Of a DNA stretch of 64,000 nucleotides, positions 51,777 through 61,131 are shown piece by piece. The notes under the pieces were generated by a model, which was not told where the DNA came from, did not search any database, and saw only the letters and a program-made list of their open reading frames with translations. Origin of the DNA: Clostridia bacterium (GTDB taxonomy: Bacteria; Bacillota; Clostridia; TANB77; CAG-465); NCBI GenBank assembly GCA_028686615.1, contig JAQUBQ010000001.1, forward strand, positions 142 through 64,141, given 5' to 3'. Positions within the stretch are counted from its first letter, which is position 1. Each line of letters opens with the position of its first letter. Made by a program: the position numbers and the translations under genes.

Positions 51777-52574
51777 TTACTTTAATAAATCTGTAAATAC
51801 AGGATTAATTAAAGTTATTTGATAAACAATAAGTACCAATAATATTCCAAGTAATGCACTAAGAATTACTTGAGAAGTTGATATTCTATCATTTTCTCTT
51901 TTAAGCTGACTTATCATAAAACATAAAACAAATGATACCCCACCTACTAATAGGCTTTGAGTTAGTATTAATAAGAACGTTGCTAACCCGTAACTTATAA
52001 CTATCCTCGCACTTGGGAAGCTTGCAACATAATTTCTTCCCTTACTAAATATTCCTTTTAGTATTACTACAAATAATGCTACTATAAAAAGAATCGCAAC
52101 TAACATATGCATATCAGAATTTAAAACCTTTTCAAGTAAATCTGTAGAGGCGTCATGTATTTTATCTATAAATAAAAAGTAAGCATTTAGTACTGCTACT
52201 ATAGACGCGAGCAATACTCCTCCTGCAGCTATATCTTTAGCAGATCTTGCTCTGTCGTCGTATTTATCTGTTATTAAATCCACCATGTATTCTACTGTTG
52301 TATTTATCATTTCTGCAAATAAAACAAATCCTATCGTAAGGCAAAGTGTTGCAAATTCCGTTTTAGTAAAGTCAAAAAAGAAGCTTGTACAAAATACTAA
52401 CACACCTATAATATAATCTATTCTTAAATTCCTTTCCGTTTTAAATGCTTCTATTATTCCATTTAATGCATTTTTAGTTGCTGAAAACCAAGTTTTATTT
52501 TTTGTGTGTTTTTCTAGGTTTTCATCAAAACTTTTTGTTTTATCCTGTATATCCTTATTCTCTTTTACATCCAT
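51777..52574 (-). CDS. dgkA: Diacylglycerol/undecaprenol kinase (DgkA family) with an extra C-terminal roughly 130-aa multi-TM extension
   Basis: DgkA core AFKTERNLRIDYIIGVL...FAEMINTTVEYMVDLITDKYDDRARSAKDIAAGGVLLASIVAVL, then about four additional TM helices. It sits between ybeY and cdd as in Bacillus. Confidence 0.7.
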   Translation of the reverse strand: MDVKENKDIQDKTKSFDENLEKHTKNKTWFSATKNALNGIIEAFKTERNLRIDYIIGVLVFCTSFFFDFTKTEFATLCLTIGFVLFAEMINTTVEYMVDLITDKYDDRARSAKDIAAGGVLLASIVAVLNAYFLFIDKIHDASTDLLEKVLNSDMHMLVAILFIVALFVVILKGIFSKGRNYVASFPSARIVISYGLATFLLILTQSLLVGGVSFVLCFMISQLKRENDRISTSQVILSALLGILLVLIVYQITLINPVFTDLLK

Positions 52575-52581
52575 AATATAA

Positions 52582-53118
52582 TTACACTCCCACTACTTTT
52601 AATATTTCTTCTTCCATTTTTCTCATATCCTTCTTATCATTTGTCTCTTCATGGTCATAGCCTAACAAATGACAAACCCCATGTGTTATCATGTATAACA
52701 TTTCTCTATTAAATCCAGTTCCATATTCCTCTGCTTGCTCCTTAATGACATCAGGACAAAGAATAATATCTCCTAACAATATTTCATTTTCTGTTTTTTT
52801 AGAAGCTTTACTTTTTAATTCTTCTATTTCTTTATTTTTAAACATGGGAAAAGATAATACATCTGTTTCTTTGTTTATTCCTCTATGCTCATAATTTATT
52901 TCTTTTATTTTTTCTTTTATCACTACACCTATTCCTATGTATATTTTCTTTGTTATAATTCCATTTGTTTCTAGGGCATATTTAACTATCTTTTCTATTT
53001 TTTCAGAATACTCTTGTATAAATTTATTATACTCTTTAATGTGTATTTCTTCTTCAACATCCAAATAATAATCTATGTTTATTTTCACACTATTCTCCCT
53101 TTTTAACAAAAACACCAA
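52582..53118 (-). CDS. ybeY: rRNA maturation endoribonuclease YbeY
   Basis: HGVCHLLGYDHE zinc motif. 178 aa. Confidence 0.9.
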   Translation of the reverse strand: MVFLLKRENSVKINIDYYLDVEEEIHIKEYNKFIQEYSEKIEKIVKYALETNGIITKKIYIGIGVVIKEKIKEINYEHRGINKETDVLSFPMFKNKEIEELKSKASKKTENEILLGDIILCPDVIKEQAEEYGTGFNREMLYMITHGVCHLLGYDHEETNDKKDMRKMEEEILKVVGV

Positions 53119-54262
53119 TCTTTTCTTCTAAATCATATGTAACTTTATACGTTATTCCTTCTTTACTTTTATTTATTTCTACAATCTCATTACTTATTAT
53201 CTCATTATTTTGTGTTTTTTCTTTCCTATATTTCTTATATTCTTCTACTAGAATTTTCATTATTTTTTCTTCATTTCGATTAATACTTTTCATCTCATAT
53301 TCTTTAAATTCAAGCATCGTAACTTCAAATACTTTTCCTAATAGATTGAGTGTTTTACTTTTTTTGATTTTATCATAAACATAATCTTTTGGCAATTGTT
53401 TAAGCTCAAAGTTTATTTTTCCATAATCAATTTCAATTCCATACCTTTTTCTGTTAGTGTATCTTTTTTCTTTAACCTCATATTTTTCTTCCCTTTCAAA
53501 AACATATGTGTTTTTAATTTTTAAAATTCCGCTGGCCGGAACATATAATGGTTCTATAATTTCACTTTCTATAACTCCTTCAATTGCAATCATTCCCTTT
53601 TCAATATAACTTCCTGTAAGTAATTTTGCTGTTCCTTTTTCTGCTATTATCTTAGTTATTGTTCCAGATTTGTTAGCAATTATATTGCCTGGTACATCTT
53701 TATCATCATCTTTCTTTTCTGTTTTTTTCTCTACGACCTTAACATTCACTCTTGTACCTTTTACTTCAACCCCCACCCAAGCAACATCATAAATAGCTGT
53801 TCTTATTATATTTCCTGCTTTTTTTTCATCTACAAACATTCTATTTTTACCAACATATATTCCTGCTTTTTTTAAGGCATCTTTTATTTCTTCATTTGTT
53901 ACTTTTTTATTTCCACTTATATTTATATTAAATATAAATGTTGATGAAATAATCATCAATACAATCGTAACACAAGTTAAATAGAAAAAAACTCTTCTTT
54001 TTCTATATTTACATAGTATAAAATATATTCCTTTCTTCTTTTTTATCCTAACTTTGCATTTAGTTTTATTAGCTAGGATACGTATTTTAGAAAACTCCCT
54101 TAAATTTGTTTTAAAAATTATAAGGCCAGGAGTTATATATTTTATATCTAATATCTTAACCCCCTGTATTTTACACAGATTTAAAAAACGTTCTATAAAA
54201 AAACCTTCTAATTCAACAATAATTGTTCCATTTACTTTTCTTAATATTTTATTTATTTTCAT
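53090..54262 (-). CDS. yqfD: Sporulation protein YqfD
   Basis: 390 aa membrane protein with typical YqfD architecture, located downstream of yqfC. Confidence 0.75.
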   Translation of the reverse strand: MKINKILRKVNGTIIVELEGFFIERFLNLCKIQGVKILDIKYITPGLIIFKTNLREFSKIRILANKTKCKVRIKKKKGIYFILCKYRKRRVFFYLTCVTIVLMIISSTFIFNINISGNKKVTNEEIKDALKKAGIYVGKNRMFVDEKKAGNIIRTAIYDVAWVGVEVKGTRVNVKVVEKKTEKKDDDKDVPGNIIANKSGTITKIIAEKGTAKLLTGSYIEKGMIAIEGVIESEIIEPLYVPASGILKIKNTYVFEREEKYEVKEKRYTNRKRYGIEIDYGKINFELKQLPKDYVYDKIKKSKTLNLLGKVFEVTMLEFKEYEMKSINRNEEKIMKILVEEYKKYRKEKTQNNEIISNEIVEINKSKEGITYKVTYDLEEKIGVFVKKGE

Positions 54263-54274
54263 TTAATCTCCAAT

Positions 54275-54574
54275 CTAAATATATGAAACATTTATGATCT
54301 CTCCATTAATAATTAAATCAATATCACTTATTTCTTTTATGCTTAAATTCTTCCCATCTATCCCTAAACTATATTCTTCTGTTTTCAGTTTAATATAATG
54401 ATCGTAATAATCAGCTACTTTACTCTTTCCTTCAACTAATATATATTCGTTCCCTATCATTGTTATTCTTAATTTATCCCCAGTAACTTCGAGTGGAAGT
54501 TCCAATATTTTATTAATTTTATCTCTTACCTTTTCTTTCATTTCTTTCTTTTTAATCTTTCCTTTAAAATTCAT
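54275..54574 (-). CDS. yqfC: Sporulation protein YqfC (YabP/YqfC family)
   Basis: 99 aa. Similar to the YabP family, and in the conserved position upstream of yqfD. Confidence 0.75.
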   Translation of the reverse strand: MNFKGKIKKKEMKEKVRDKINKILELPLEVTGDKLRITMIGNEYILVEGKSKVADYYDHYIKLKTEEYSLGIDGKNLSIKEISDIDLIINGEIINVSYI

Positions 54575-54683
54575 ATAATTGTATCACCCCTCTTAACATG
54601 ATATTATAATTGACATGATATTATGAACTTTAATTTTCATTTTTTTATCACTATAAGCGTTGTTTGTACAGCCATTAGTTTAC

Positions 54684-54712
54684 ATTATTTTTGTTGCAAT
54701 TTACATTTTTTT
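54684..54712 (+). promoter_or_regulatory. Sigma-A-type promoter for the LytTR regulator/kinase operon
   Basis: TTGCAA, a 17-nt spacer, TATGAT. An AGGAG RBS lies 11 nt before the ATG at 54774. Confidence 0.55.
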
Positions 54713-54773
54713 GTAATATGATGTATTTATACAATTTTTGTTAACTTTTTAAAAAATAATATTAGGAGATAAT

Positions 54774-55448
54774 ATGATAAACATAGCACTATGTGATGAT
54801 AGTTTAAAAAGTATAGAAAACATATCAAAAGTTATGGAATCTACAATCATAAATTTAGATATCCCTGCAAAAATTACAATTGTAACAAGTGATCAAAACA
54901 AAATCCATGAAGAAATTAAGAATCGAAATATTGATGTTCTTTTTTTAGATATTAACTTTAAAAACACTGGAACTAATGGTATAGATTTTGCAAAGAAACT
55001 TAGAGAATTTAACAAAGATTTTTATTTAATTTTTCTAACTGCACATTTTGAGTATTCCATGTTGTCTTTTAAATGTAAAACTTTTGATTATATTCTCAAA
55101 CCAACTAGTAAACAAAAGATAGAATCAATTCTTGAAAGAATAAAAGAAGAATTTACAAGTAATAATAGTACCTTATTTATTAAGATCACAAAAGATATAT
55201 CCATTAAGGCTAATGATATTCTATTTATTGAAAGAAGCTTAAACAAGTCTTTAGTTCATACTAAAAATACAGTGTATGAAACAAACTTAAGTCTTAATAA
55301 TATTTATGATAACCTTCCTGATGATTTTTATCGTAACCATAGATCTTATATTGTTAATAAAAATGCAATAGAGCAAATAGATAAAAGAAATAAAATTATT
55401 TGTTTTAATTCTTCTAAATCTTGTCCTATTGGCAAATTATATTTATAA
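54774..55448 (+). CDS. LytTR-family response regulator (AgrA-like)
   Basis: REC domain with DVLFLDINF, and a C-terminal LytTR DNA-binding domain (YRNHRSYIVN). 224 aa. Confidence 0.85.
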   Translation: MINIALCDDSLKSIENISKVMESTIINLDIPAKITIVTSDQNKIHEEIKNRNIDVLFLDINFKNTGTNGIDFAKKLREFNKDFYLIFLTAHFEYSMLSFKCKTFDYILKPTSKQKIESILERIKEEFTSNNSTLFIKITKDISIKANDILFIERSLNKSLVHTKNTVYETNLSLNNIYDNLPDDFYRNHRSYIVNKNAIEQIDKRNKIICFNSSKSCPIGKLYL

Positions 55449-55475
55449 ATCTTATAGAAAGTAGGTTAAAATACC

Positions 55476-56831
55476 ATGAAAAAAATATTAGATATTTTAA
55501 TATACATAATGTATATACTTGCTAATGGTATATCTATTTCATACATCATTTATATTAGTTCAAAAGTTTTAAACAAAGTAAGTTATTCTTATAAAAAAAT
55601 TATAACTACATCATTAATAATGTGTTTTGCTGCCACCATTAATAATTGGTTACTTTTTACTGGTAATTTAAATTTTCTTAAACCTATAATTGCCACATTG
55701 GCAGTTGCAATAGCACTAAAATACATTTATAAAAATTCTAATCGCTTTACTATTATAGCTTTAGTAATTATGTTGATTGCTTCATCGCTTTTAGACCTTG
55801 GTACAATTTTGGTTCTTAAATTCTTAAACAAAGATATTACAACAGTACAACAAAGCGTTAATGTACCTAATTGGTTTTACCTTATAAACTCACTTGTTAA
55901 TGTTCTTTCTATATCATTAGTATATGTTTTTTGCTTTTTAACAAATAGGCTTAGAAAAACAGACACAAATTCTAATTTTTATAATTCAAATTTAAGGTAT
56001 ATATCTTATCAAGGCTCAATAATTCTTATATGTTTAATACCATCAATAATATTAATATTTTCTAACAAATACAATTATTCTATACCTATTCTTATTACTA
56101 CCGTAATCCAACTACTAACTGTTTCAATTTTTGCATTTATATATGTTAATAAAAGATTTAAACATAAAGCAACTGAAATAGAGCTTGAAAATAGTAAACT
56201 ACATATAGATGCTCTTTCTACTATAAATGAAGGGGTTAGAGGCTTTAAACATGATATGGCAAATATGGTTCAATCAATGAACGGATATATAGCTATGAAT
56301 AATTTTGACGGTATCAAAGAATATATCAATTCTCTTTCGAAAGGTTTCAATGATATAAACATCCTTTCAATATTATCACCTGAAGTAATTAATGATCCTG
56401 CAATTTATGGGATTGTTGTTGGGAAAATGTTAAAAGCGAGAGAATATAAAATAAATCTATCATTAGATATAAATCTGAGGGTCTCTGAGATAAATTTCCC
56501 TAAATTTGAACTTTCTAGAATCATTGGTATACTTTTAGATAATGCTATTGAAGCTGCAGTAGAAAGTGAAGATAAAAAATTGATAGTAAACATGTATCAT
56601 AATGAAAAGAAAAAAGCTGATATCATTGTTATTGGTAATTCTGTAAAAGATATTCACAATATAGATATAACTAAAATATTTGATAAAAATTATTCTACAA
56701 AAGCGAAAGCTTCGGGCTTTGGATTATATGAAGTTCTAAGATTTTTCAAAAAATATAATAAAGGAGACATTGTTACAAACTTAGATTGTGATAAAAGTCT
56801 ATTTTACCAAACTATTGTTTTCAGTAGATAA
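55476..56831 (+). CDS. AgrC-like GHKL sensor histidine kinase with a six-TM sensor domain
   Basis: About 6 TM helices in residues 1-210, and a C-terminal HATPase_c (NAIEAA ... GFGL). 451 aa. Confidence 0.8.
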   Translation: MKKILDILIYIMYILANGISISYIIYISSKVLNKVSYSYKKIITTSLIMCFAATINNWLLFTGNLNFLKPIIATLAVAIALKYIYKNSNRFTIIALVIMLIASSLLDLGTILVLKFLNKDITTVQQSVNVPNWFYLINSLVNVLSISLVYVFCFLTNRLRKTDTNSNFYNSNLRYISYQGSIILICLIPSIILIFSNKYNYSIPILITTVIQLLTVSIFAFIYVNKRFKHKATEIELENSKLHIDALSTINEGVRGFKHDMANMVQSMNGYIAMNNFDGIKEYINSLSKGFNDINILSILSPEVINDPAIYGIVVGKMLKAREYKINLSLDINLRVSEINFPKFELSRIIGILLDNAIEAAVESEDKKLIVNMYHNEKKKADIIVIGNSVKDIHNIDITKIFDKNYSTKAKASGFGLYEVLRFFKKYNKGDIVTNLDCDKSLFYQTIVFSR

Positions 56832-56885
56832 TCTTAATAAATAAAGCTTGATTTTTTATTAAGTTTTTTTATTTTTAAATATATA

Positions 56886-56922
56886 AAAATCTATAAATTG
56901 TTTAGAGCAATTTATAGATTTT
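56886..56922. terminator. Bidirectional terminator between the kinase (+) and agrD (-)
   Basis: 15-bp perfect inverted repeat AAAATCTATAAATTG / CAATTTATAGATTTT with a 7-nt loop. Confidence 0.75.
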
Positions 56923-56933
56923 TCAACACTTGT

Positions 56934-57047
56934 CTATTCTTTTATTAAGCTTTTTGGCATTTTAGTAGCATGAAATAATAGAAAAAAGCATGTGTTTGTA
57001 GTGGCTTTTGCATATGATGTTACCATTTTCTTTAGTAAAGTTTTCAT
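56934..57047 (-). CDS. agrD: AgrD autoinducing-peptide precursor (37 aa), not in the ORF track
   Basis: Minus strand reads AGGAGGTGG, 4 nt, then ATG. It translates to MKTLLKKMVTSYAKATTNTCFFLLFHATKMPKSLIKE. The N-terminal amphipathic leader, the central Cys followed by hydrophobics, and the C-terminal PKSL tail match the AgrD architecture, for example C. perfringens CLWFT-HQPEEPKSL. It lies 70 nt downstream of agrB. Confidence 0.75.
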   Translation of the reverse strand: MKTLLKKMVTSYAKATTNTCFFLLFHATKMPKSLIKE

Positions 57048-57117
57048 ATTTCCACCTCCTATATATAAAAATATATATCTATATAATTTTAATTATAGAC
57101 TAGTCTATAATCTATAA

Positions 57118-57732
57118 CTAACAGTTTTTAGGAATATAGGTTTCATGCCCATATTCATTTTTAAATAATTTATATACTACTCTTACAGTCATTATATCAA
57201 TGCTTAAAATAGTTATTATTATGATATTAGAATAATAATAGTTTTTAATTAACAAAATAGCTATTAAATATAAGACATTAAGCATTATAAATGACATTGT
57301 TTTATCTCTTTTTCTTCTTTTTTTATTTACTATAGGCATTTCTGGAACATCTGCTGGAACATAAACTATTATCACGTAATTTGAAAAGATATATATTAGT
57401 ATATAAATTAATATTAATTCTTTTATGGCAAAATCAAACAACTTGGGAATATATATACAAGAAAGATTTGAAATTAGTGTCCAAATAAAACATCCAATAT
57501 TTGTTTTCAAATGAACTCCGCCAACAAAAGATTTATATGCAATTATGACTCCATATACTATAGCTAGTTCTTTTATAACCCCTAAAAATAAGCATATTAA
57601 TATTAATACAATATATTTTGGAACATCTTCCACTATTCTAGTAATTCCAAAAAGCAATATTTCTTTTTCCTTACTTGTATCATTTTCATCTGATAATAGT
57701 TTTAAAAGATTATTACTTATTTGCTCTAACAC
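57118..57732 (-). CDS. agrB: AgrB, the membrane peptidase that processes AgrD
   Basis: YKSFVGGVHLKTNIGCFIWT contains the conserved catalytic His/Cys pair in the AgrB context (xxGGxHxxTxxxC). 204 aa with several TM helices. GTG start with an AGGGAGA RBS. Confidence 0.8.
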   Translation of the reverse strand: MLEQISNNLLKLLSDENDTSKEKEILLFGITRIVEDVPKYIVLILICLFLGVIKELAIVYGVIIAYKSFVGGVHLKTNIGCFIWTLISNLSCIYIPKLFDFAIKELILIYILIYIFSNYVIIVYVPADVPEMPIVNKKRRKRDKTMSFIMLNVLYLIAILLIKNYYYSNIIIITILSIDIMTVRVVYKLFKNEYGHETYIPKNC

Positions 57733-57968
57733 TATACATCTTCTCCCTTTATAACATTATATATCCTTATTTGCTTTTTAAGTGATTATTTATCTAATCG
57801 TCCCTAATTTAGTCTTTTTGAACTAGTTTTCCTTTTTTAATCTATAGTTTATACGTTTTCACGAAAGTATCTTGTTTTCACTACTTTGATATTTATTTGT
57901 AACACTTATTTTGTCCTGTTAATAACATAATAGTAAATAGAATATTAAAAATATTAGGAGTTGATAAT

Positions 57969-58133
57969 ATGTTTTGTGAAAATAACGATATTCCATTAAA
58001 TGATTGTAATGACGAAAATCCGTTTAACAAGAAATCTACTTCATCTTTAAATTTTACTGGAATGATCCCTATGATTCTTATTGTTGTTGTGTTTTTTATT
58101 ATTTTTGGAAATAATAAAAATAATATTCTTTAA
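57969..58133 (+). CDS. Unannotated 54-aa small hydrophobic peptide (YjcZ-like?)
   Basis: AGGAG RBS 8 nt upstream. Sequence MFCENNDIPLNDCNDENPFNKKSTSSLNFTGMIPMILIVVVFFIIFGNNKNNIL, with an acidic N-terminus and a single TM helix. The YjcZ resemblance is weak. Confidence 0.4.
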   Translation: MFCENNDIPLNDCNDENPFNKKSTSSLNFTGMIPMILIVVVFFIIFGNNKNNIL

Positions 58134-58214
58134 TTGATTATTCATTTTTATCATTTTGTTTTTTGAATATCTTTTATAATAATGCACAAAATATCTATGT
58201 GTTTGGAGGTTTTT

Positions 58215-58970
58215 ATGAAAGATTTCAATTTTAAAGGTTTTTTATTAATATTGTTAATCTTTATAGTTTTAGGTGGATTTATCTTTGTTATGTTTTCCTC
58301 TACTAGTAGTCCTATCAAAAATTTAAGAAGTAACACTATACAAAACGATTCAGAACATGCTTCGTATATAGACAAAAACAAAAATACTGTTTCTTCTAAA
58401 GATATCCAAAATTCAAATCAAATAATAAGTGATATTAATAAGAATAATAGTAGTTCTATTTCCGATGATGGTATAAATATAACTGAAAATACTACTATGC
58501 ATATTGAAGCTTCTGAAGAAGTGGAAATAGCAAAATATTCAACTACAATCTACGATAAAGAAGAAAACAGAATATATAACATTAAAAAAGCCATTGGGAT
58601 TTTAGACGGTAAAATTTTAGAATCAGGAAAAACTTTTTCTTTTAATGATACTATAGGTCCAATGGGAGAAAAAGAAGGATTTAAAAAGGCTACTGGTTTT
58701 AATGGTAATGCTAAAAAAATTAAAATTTCAGCAGGAGGAATATGTCAAATTAGTAGTACTTTATATAATGTCGCCTTAATTTCAAAGTTTGAAATTGTTG
58801 AAAGACATCCACATAGTAAACGTGTATATTATGTGCCTAAAAATAAAGATGCCACCATTTTATACGGTGGTGCGGATTTGAAATTTAAAAATACTAGTAA
58901 TAATGATATTAAAATTTCTGCCTTAACTGATGGTCATGAAGTAACTATTAAGTTCCTTAAAATAGTATAA
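58215..58970 (+). CDS. VanW-family protein
   Basis: GKTFSFNDTIGPMGEKEGFKKATGF...GGICQISSTLYNVAL...VERHPHS..VYYVPKNKDATI matches the VanW domain. The start is chosen at the ATG at 58215 with a GGAGG RBS. The track ORF begins at 58182. Confidence 0.75.
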   Translation: MKDFNFKGFLLILLIFIVLGGFIFVMFSSTSSPIKNLRSNTIQNDSEHASYIDKNKNTVSSKDIQNSNQIISDINKNNSSSISDDGINITENTTMHIEASEEVEIAKYSTTIYDKEENRIYNIKKAIGILDGKILESGKTFSFNDTIGPMGEKEGFKKATGFNGNAKKIKISAGGICQISSTLYNVALISKFEIVERHPHSKRVYYVPKNKDATILYGGADLKFKNTSNNDIKISALTDGHEVTIKFLKIV

Positions 58971-59026
58971 AAGAGAAATCTAATCTATAAGATTTCCCTT
59001 TTATTTCATTTATATATAAATTCTCC

Positions 59027-59326
59027 TTATTTGTTAACATCCATAAATATTTTTTCGTATGGTTTTACTAAACCTAATCTTTCTCTTGCAACCTTTTCTA
59101 TATATTCTATACTATCTACTTTTTCTCCTAATGCTTCATATTCTGATCTTTCTGCATTTGCTTCAGCAATAGTAGTAGTATAATAGTTTTCTTTTATTTT
59201 ATATTCATTGAGTTTATATTGTTGAATTAAAAAAACAGACAAAAAATATGTAAATGCTACGATTAAAAGCATTTTAGAGATTTTATATTTTTTTCTATTC
59301 TTTGTTACTCTTTGAATATTTCTCAT
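59027..59326 (-). CDS. Septum formation initiator (FtsB/DivIC family)
   Basis: Single TM helix, coiled-coil, and a C-terminal ERLGLVKPYEKIF. It lies downstream of yabP-yabQ as in Bacillus. Confidence 0.7.
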   Translation of the reverse strand: MRNIQRVTKNRKKYKISKMLLIVAFTYFLSVFLIQQYKLNEYKIKENYYTTTIAEANAERSEYEALGEKVDSIEYIEKVARERLGLVKPYEKIFMDVNK

Positions 59327-59817
59327 TTACTTCCCTCAGTTTTAAATTTTTTCTTTGTTTTTTTTAGTTTTAAATTGTTATAATAATAAAATATCATATA
59401 GTATATTTTATTGCAACATATTTTTACTATATTTGATAAAAACTTATAAATTCTGATATTTACTTCCTTTATTATGCTTAATGGTAGTATTATAAAGCTA
59501 AAACTTGCTTTAATTGTTTTTATAAATATTATAAACACTTTCAAAACATATCTACTTATAGTACTAATGTATATAACTATTCCTAAAAACAGAGATAAAA
59601 AGAGATATAGCCTCAGACTATACTCTAAATTGTATATTAACATTGTTGCTGTTACTATACCTACTATTAAAAAAAATGTAATATCTTGTAAATAAATATC
59701 TCTTAGTTCATACTTCTTTACTTTTCTTATTGCTCTAAAAAAATCAAAAAGTATAGCTATAACAATACCAAGTACTATAAAGTTAAGAAATATAAGTGTT
59801 TCTTCTTCTATTTTCAT
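59323..59817 (-). CDS. yabQ: Spore cortex biosynthesis membrane protein YabQ
   Basis: 164-aa multi-pass membrane protein immediately downstream of yabP. Confidence 0.6.
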   Translation of the reverse strand: MKIEEETLIFLNFIVLGIVIAILFDFFRAIRKVKKYELRDIYLQDITFFLIVGIVTATMLIYNLEYSLRLYLFLSLFLGIVIYISTISRYVLKVFIIFIKTIKASFSFIILPLSIIKEVNIRIYKFLSNIVKICCNKIYYMIFYYYNNLKLKKTKKKFKTEGSK

Positions 59818-59842
59818 TATATCTCCTACCTCTTATTAATTA

Positions 59843-60130
59843 TTATCTGAATATTTTGTTAAACATTCCACCCTTTTTCATATGTTCAACTTCATTATAT
59901 TGTAACATTATAATCTGCCCTTCAACAATAAGTTCAGTATTATCTAAGTTCAATTTATTCATCTTTAGCTCTTTCCCTTTTATAGTTAAGATTCCCATCT
60001 CTGTTTCTGTTAATACTAATTCATCGTCAAAACTATGAATATCAATAATACCTGTAATTATAACTTTTTCTCTGTTCTCCATTACTACATTATGATTAAT
60101 TGTTCCTGTGTTTGCTTTCTTATCTTCCAT
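59843..60130 (-). CDS. yabP: Sporulation protein YabP
   Basis: NREKVIITGIIDIHSFDDELVLTETEMGILTIKGKELKMNKLNLDNTELIVEG matches the YabP-family pattern. 95 aa. Confidence 0.8.
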   Translation of the reverse strand: MEDKKANTGTINHNVVMENREKVIITGIIDIHSFDDELVLTETEMGILTIKGKELKMNKLNLDNTELIVEGQIIMLQYNEVEHMKKGGMFNKIFR

Positions 60131-60238
60131 TATACTTTCCTCCTATTTGCCACTTTTACATATTAATATATATTCCCGTTTGTACATCAATATGCAAAAA
60201 AATAGTACAAACCATAACTTTTGTACTATTTTCCATAT

Positions 60239-60892
60239 TTAACATCCTGAATTATTATTGTTTTTTATATCATCATCACATTCAGAATCTTGTATTTCTT
60301 CTGCTAAACCTATAAGTTTTTGTTTAAGTTCTTTCCTTATATCTTCAGTAAAATATTCTTCTACTTTTATTGCCGAAGTAATAGTGCTCATATCATTATT
60401 ATTTCCTTTTATTATACCACCTTTAACAAAGTATGCATCAGGTACATATATTCTTTTATTGCCATTCTCATCGTCATCTAAATATCCGGAAATAATTTTA
60501 ACTATATTTTTGTATTCGTCTGTATTTTCTTCTCTTATTTCTCTTATATTATAATAATAGATTTTATTTATACCATTTTCTACAGCAACTTCGTTTAATA
60601 CAGGTACATAAGCTTGACACCATTTACACGAAGGAAAACCAAAAAAGACTATTCCTGTTCCTTTCGTTAATACATTTATTACTTCATCATAGCTTGCATA
60701 ATAAAAATTATTTGCCTCTTTAACACTTGGATACTCTCTATAAAACCTTATACTATCTGATACATTCTTATCAATTATTTCTCCAACTTCTGTCTTTTTA
60801 AACAAGTCTGTATTTAAATATATCAATGTAAAAGAAAGTAATAGTATTATTACTAATAAAAGTGTAATTAATATTTTTCTATCTTTACTCAT
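60239..60892 (-). CDS. Membrane-anchored thioredoxin-fold thiol-disulfide oxidoreductase (TlpA/ResA-like)
   Basis: N-terminal TM segment and the CxxC motif FFGFPSCKWCQAY. 217 aa. Confidence 0.65.
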   Translation of the reverse strand: MSKDRKILITLLLVIILLLSFTLIYLNTDLFKKTEVGEIIDKNVSDSIRFYREYPSVKEANNFYYASYDEVINVLTKGTGIVFFGFPSCKWCQAYVPVLNEVAVENGINKIYYYNIREIREENTDEYKNIVKIISGYLDDDENGNKRIYVPDAYFVKGGIIKGNNNDMSTITSAIKVEEYFTEDIRKELKQKLIGLAEEIQDSECDDDIKNNNNSGC

Positions 60893-61131
60893 ATTATCTC
60901 ACCCTGATAGGTATTTTACCATTACTAATATTCAATGTCAATCAATAAAATTAGGCTAATCTTAAATTACATTATCTTTTTATTTATAGTAATATTTTTA
61001 TTAAACACTAAAAACTAGTAACGACAATGTTTTTTATTTTTCAAGTAGTTTTTAAATTAGTATTTCATGATCTATAAAATATATTGTTTACATATTAAAG
61101 ATAGTTTATTATGAGTTCCTTAAAATCTCTA

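Noticed and set aside
54575-54640. A sigma-E or sigma-K sporulation promoter for yqfC within the tandem-repeat region
   Set aside because: No convincing match to the -35 and -10 consensus of either sigma factor could be made by eye. Only the repeat itself is reported.
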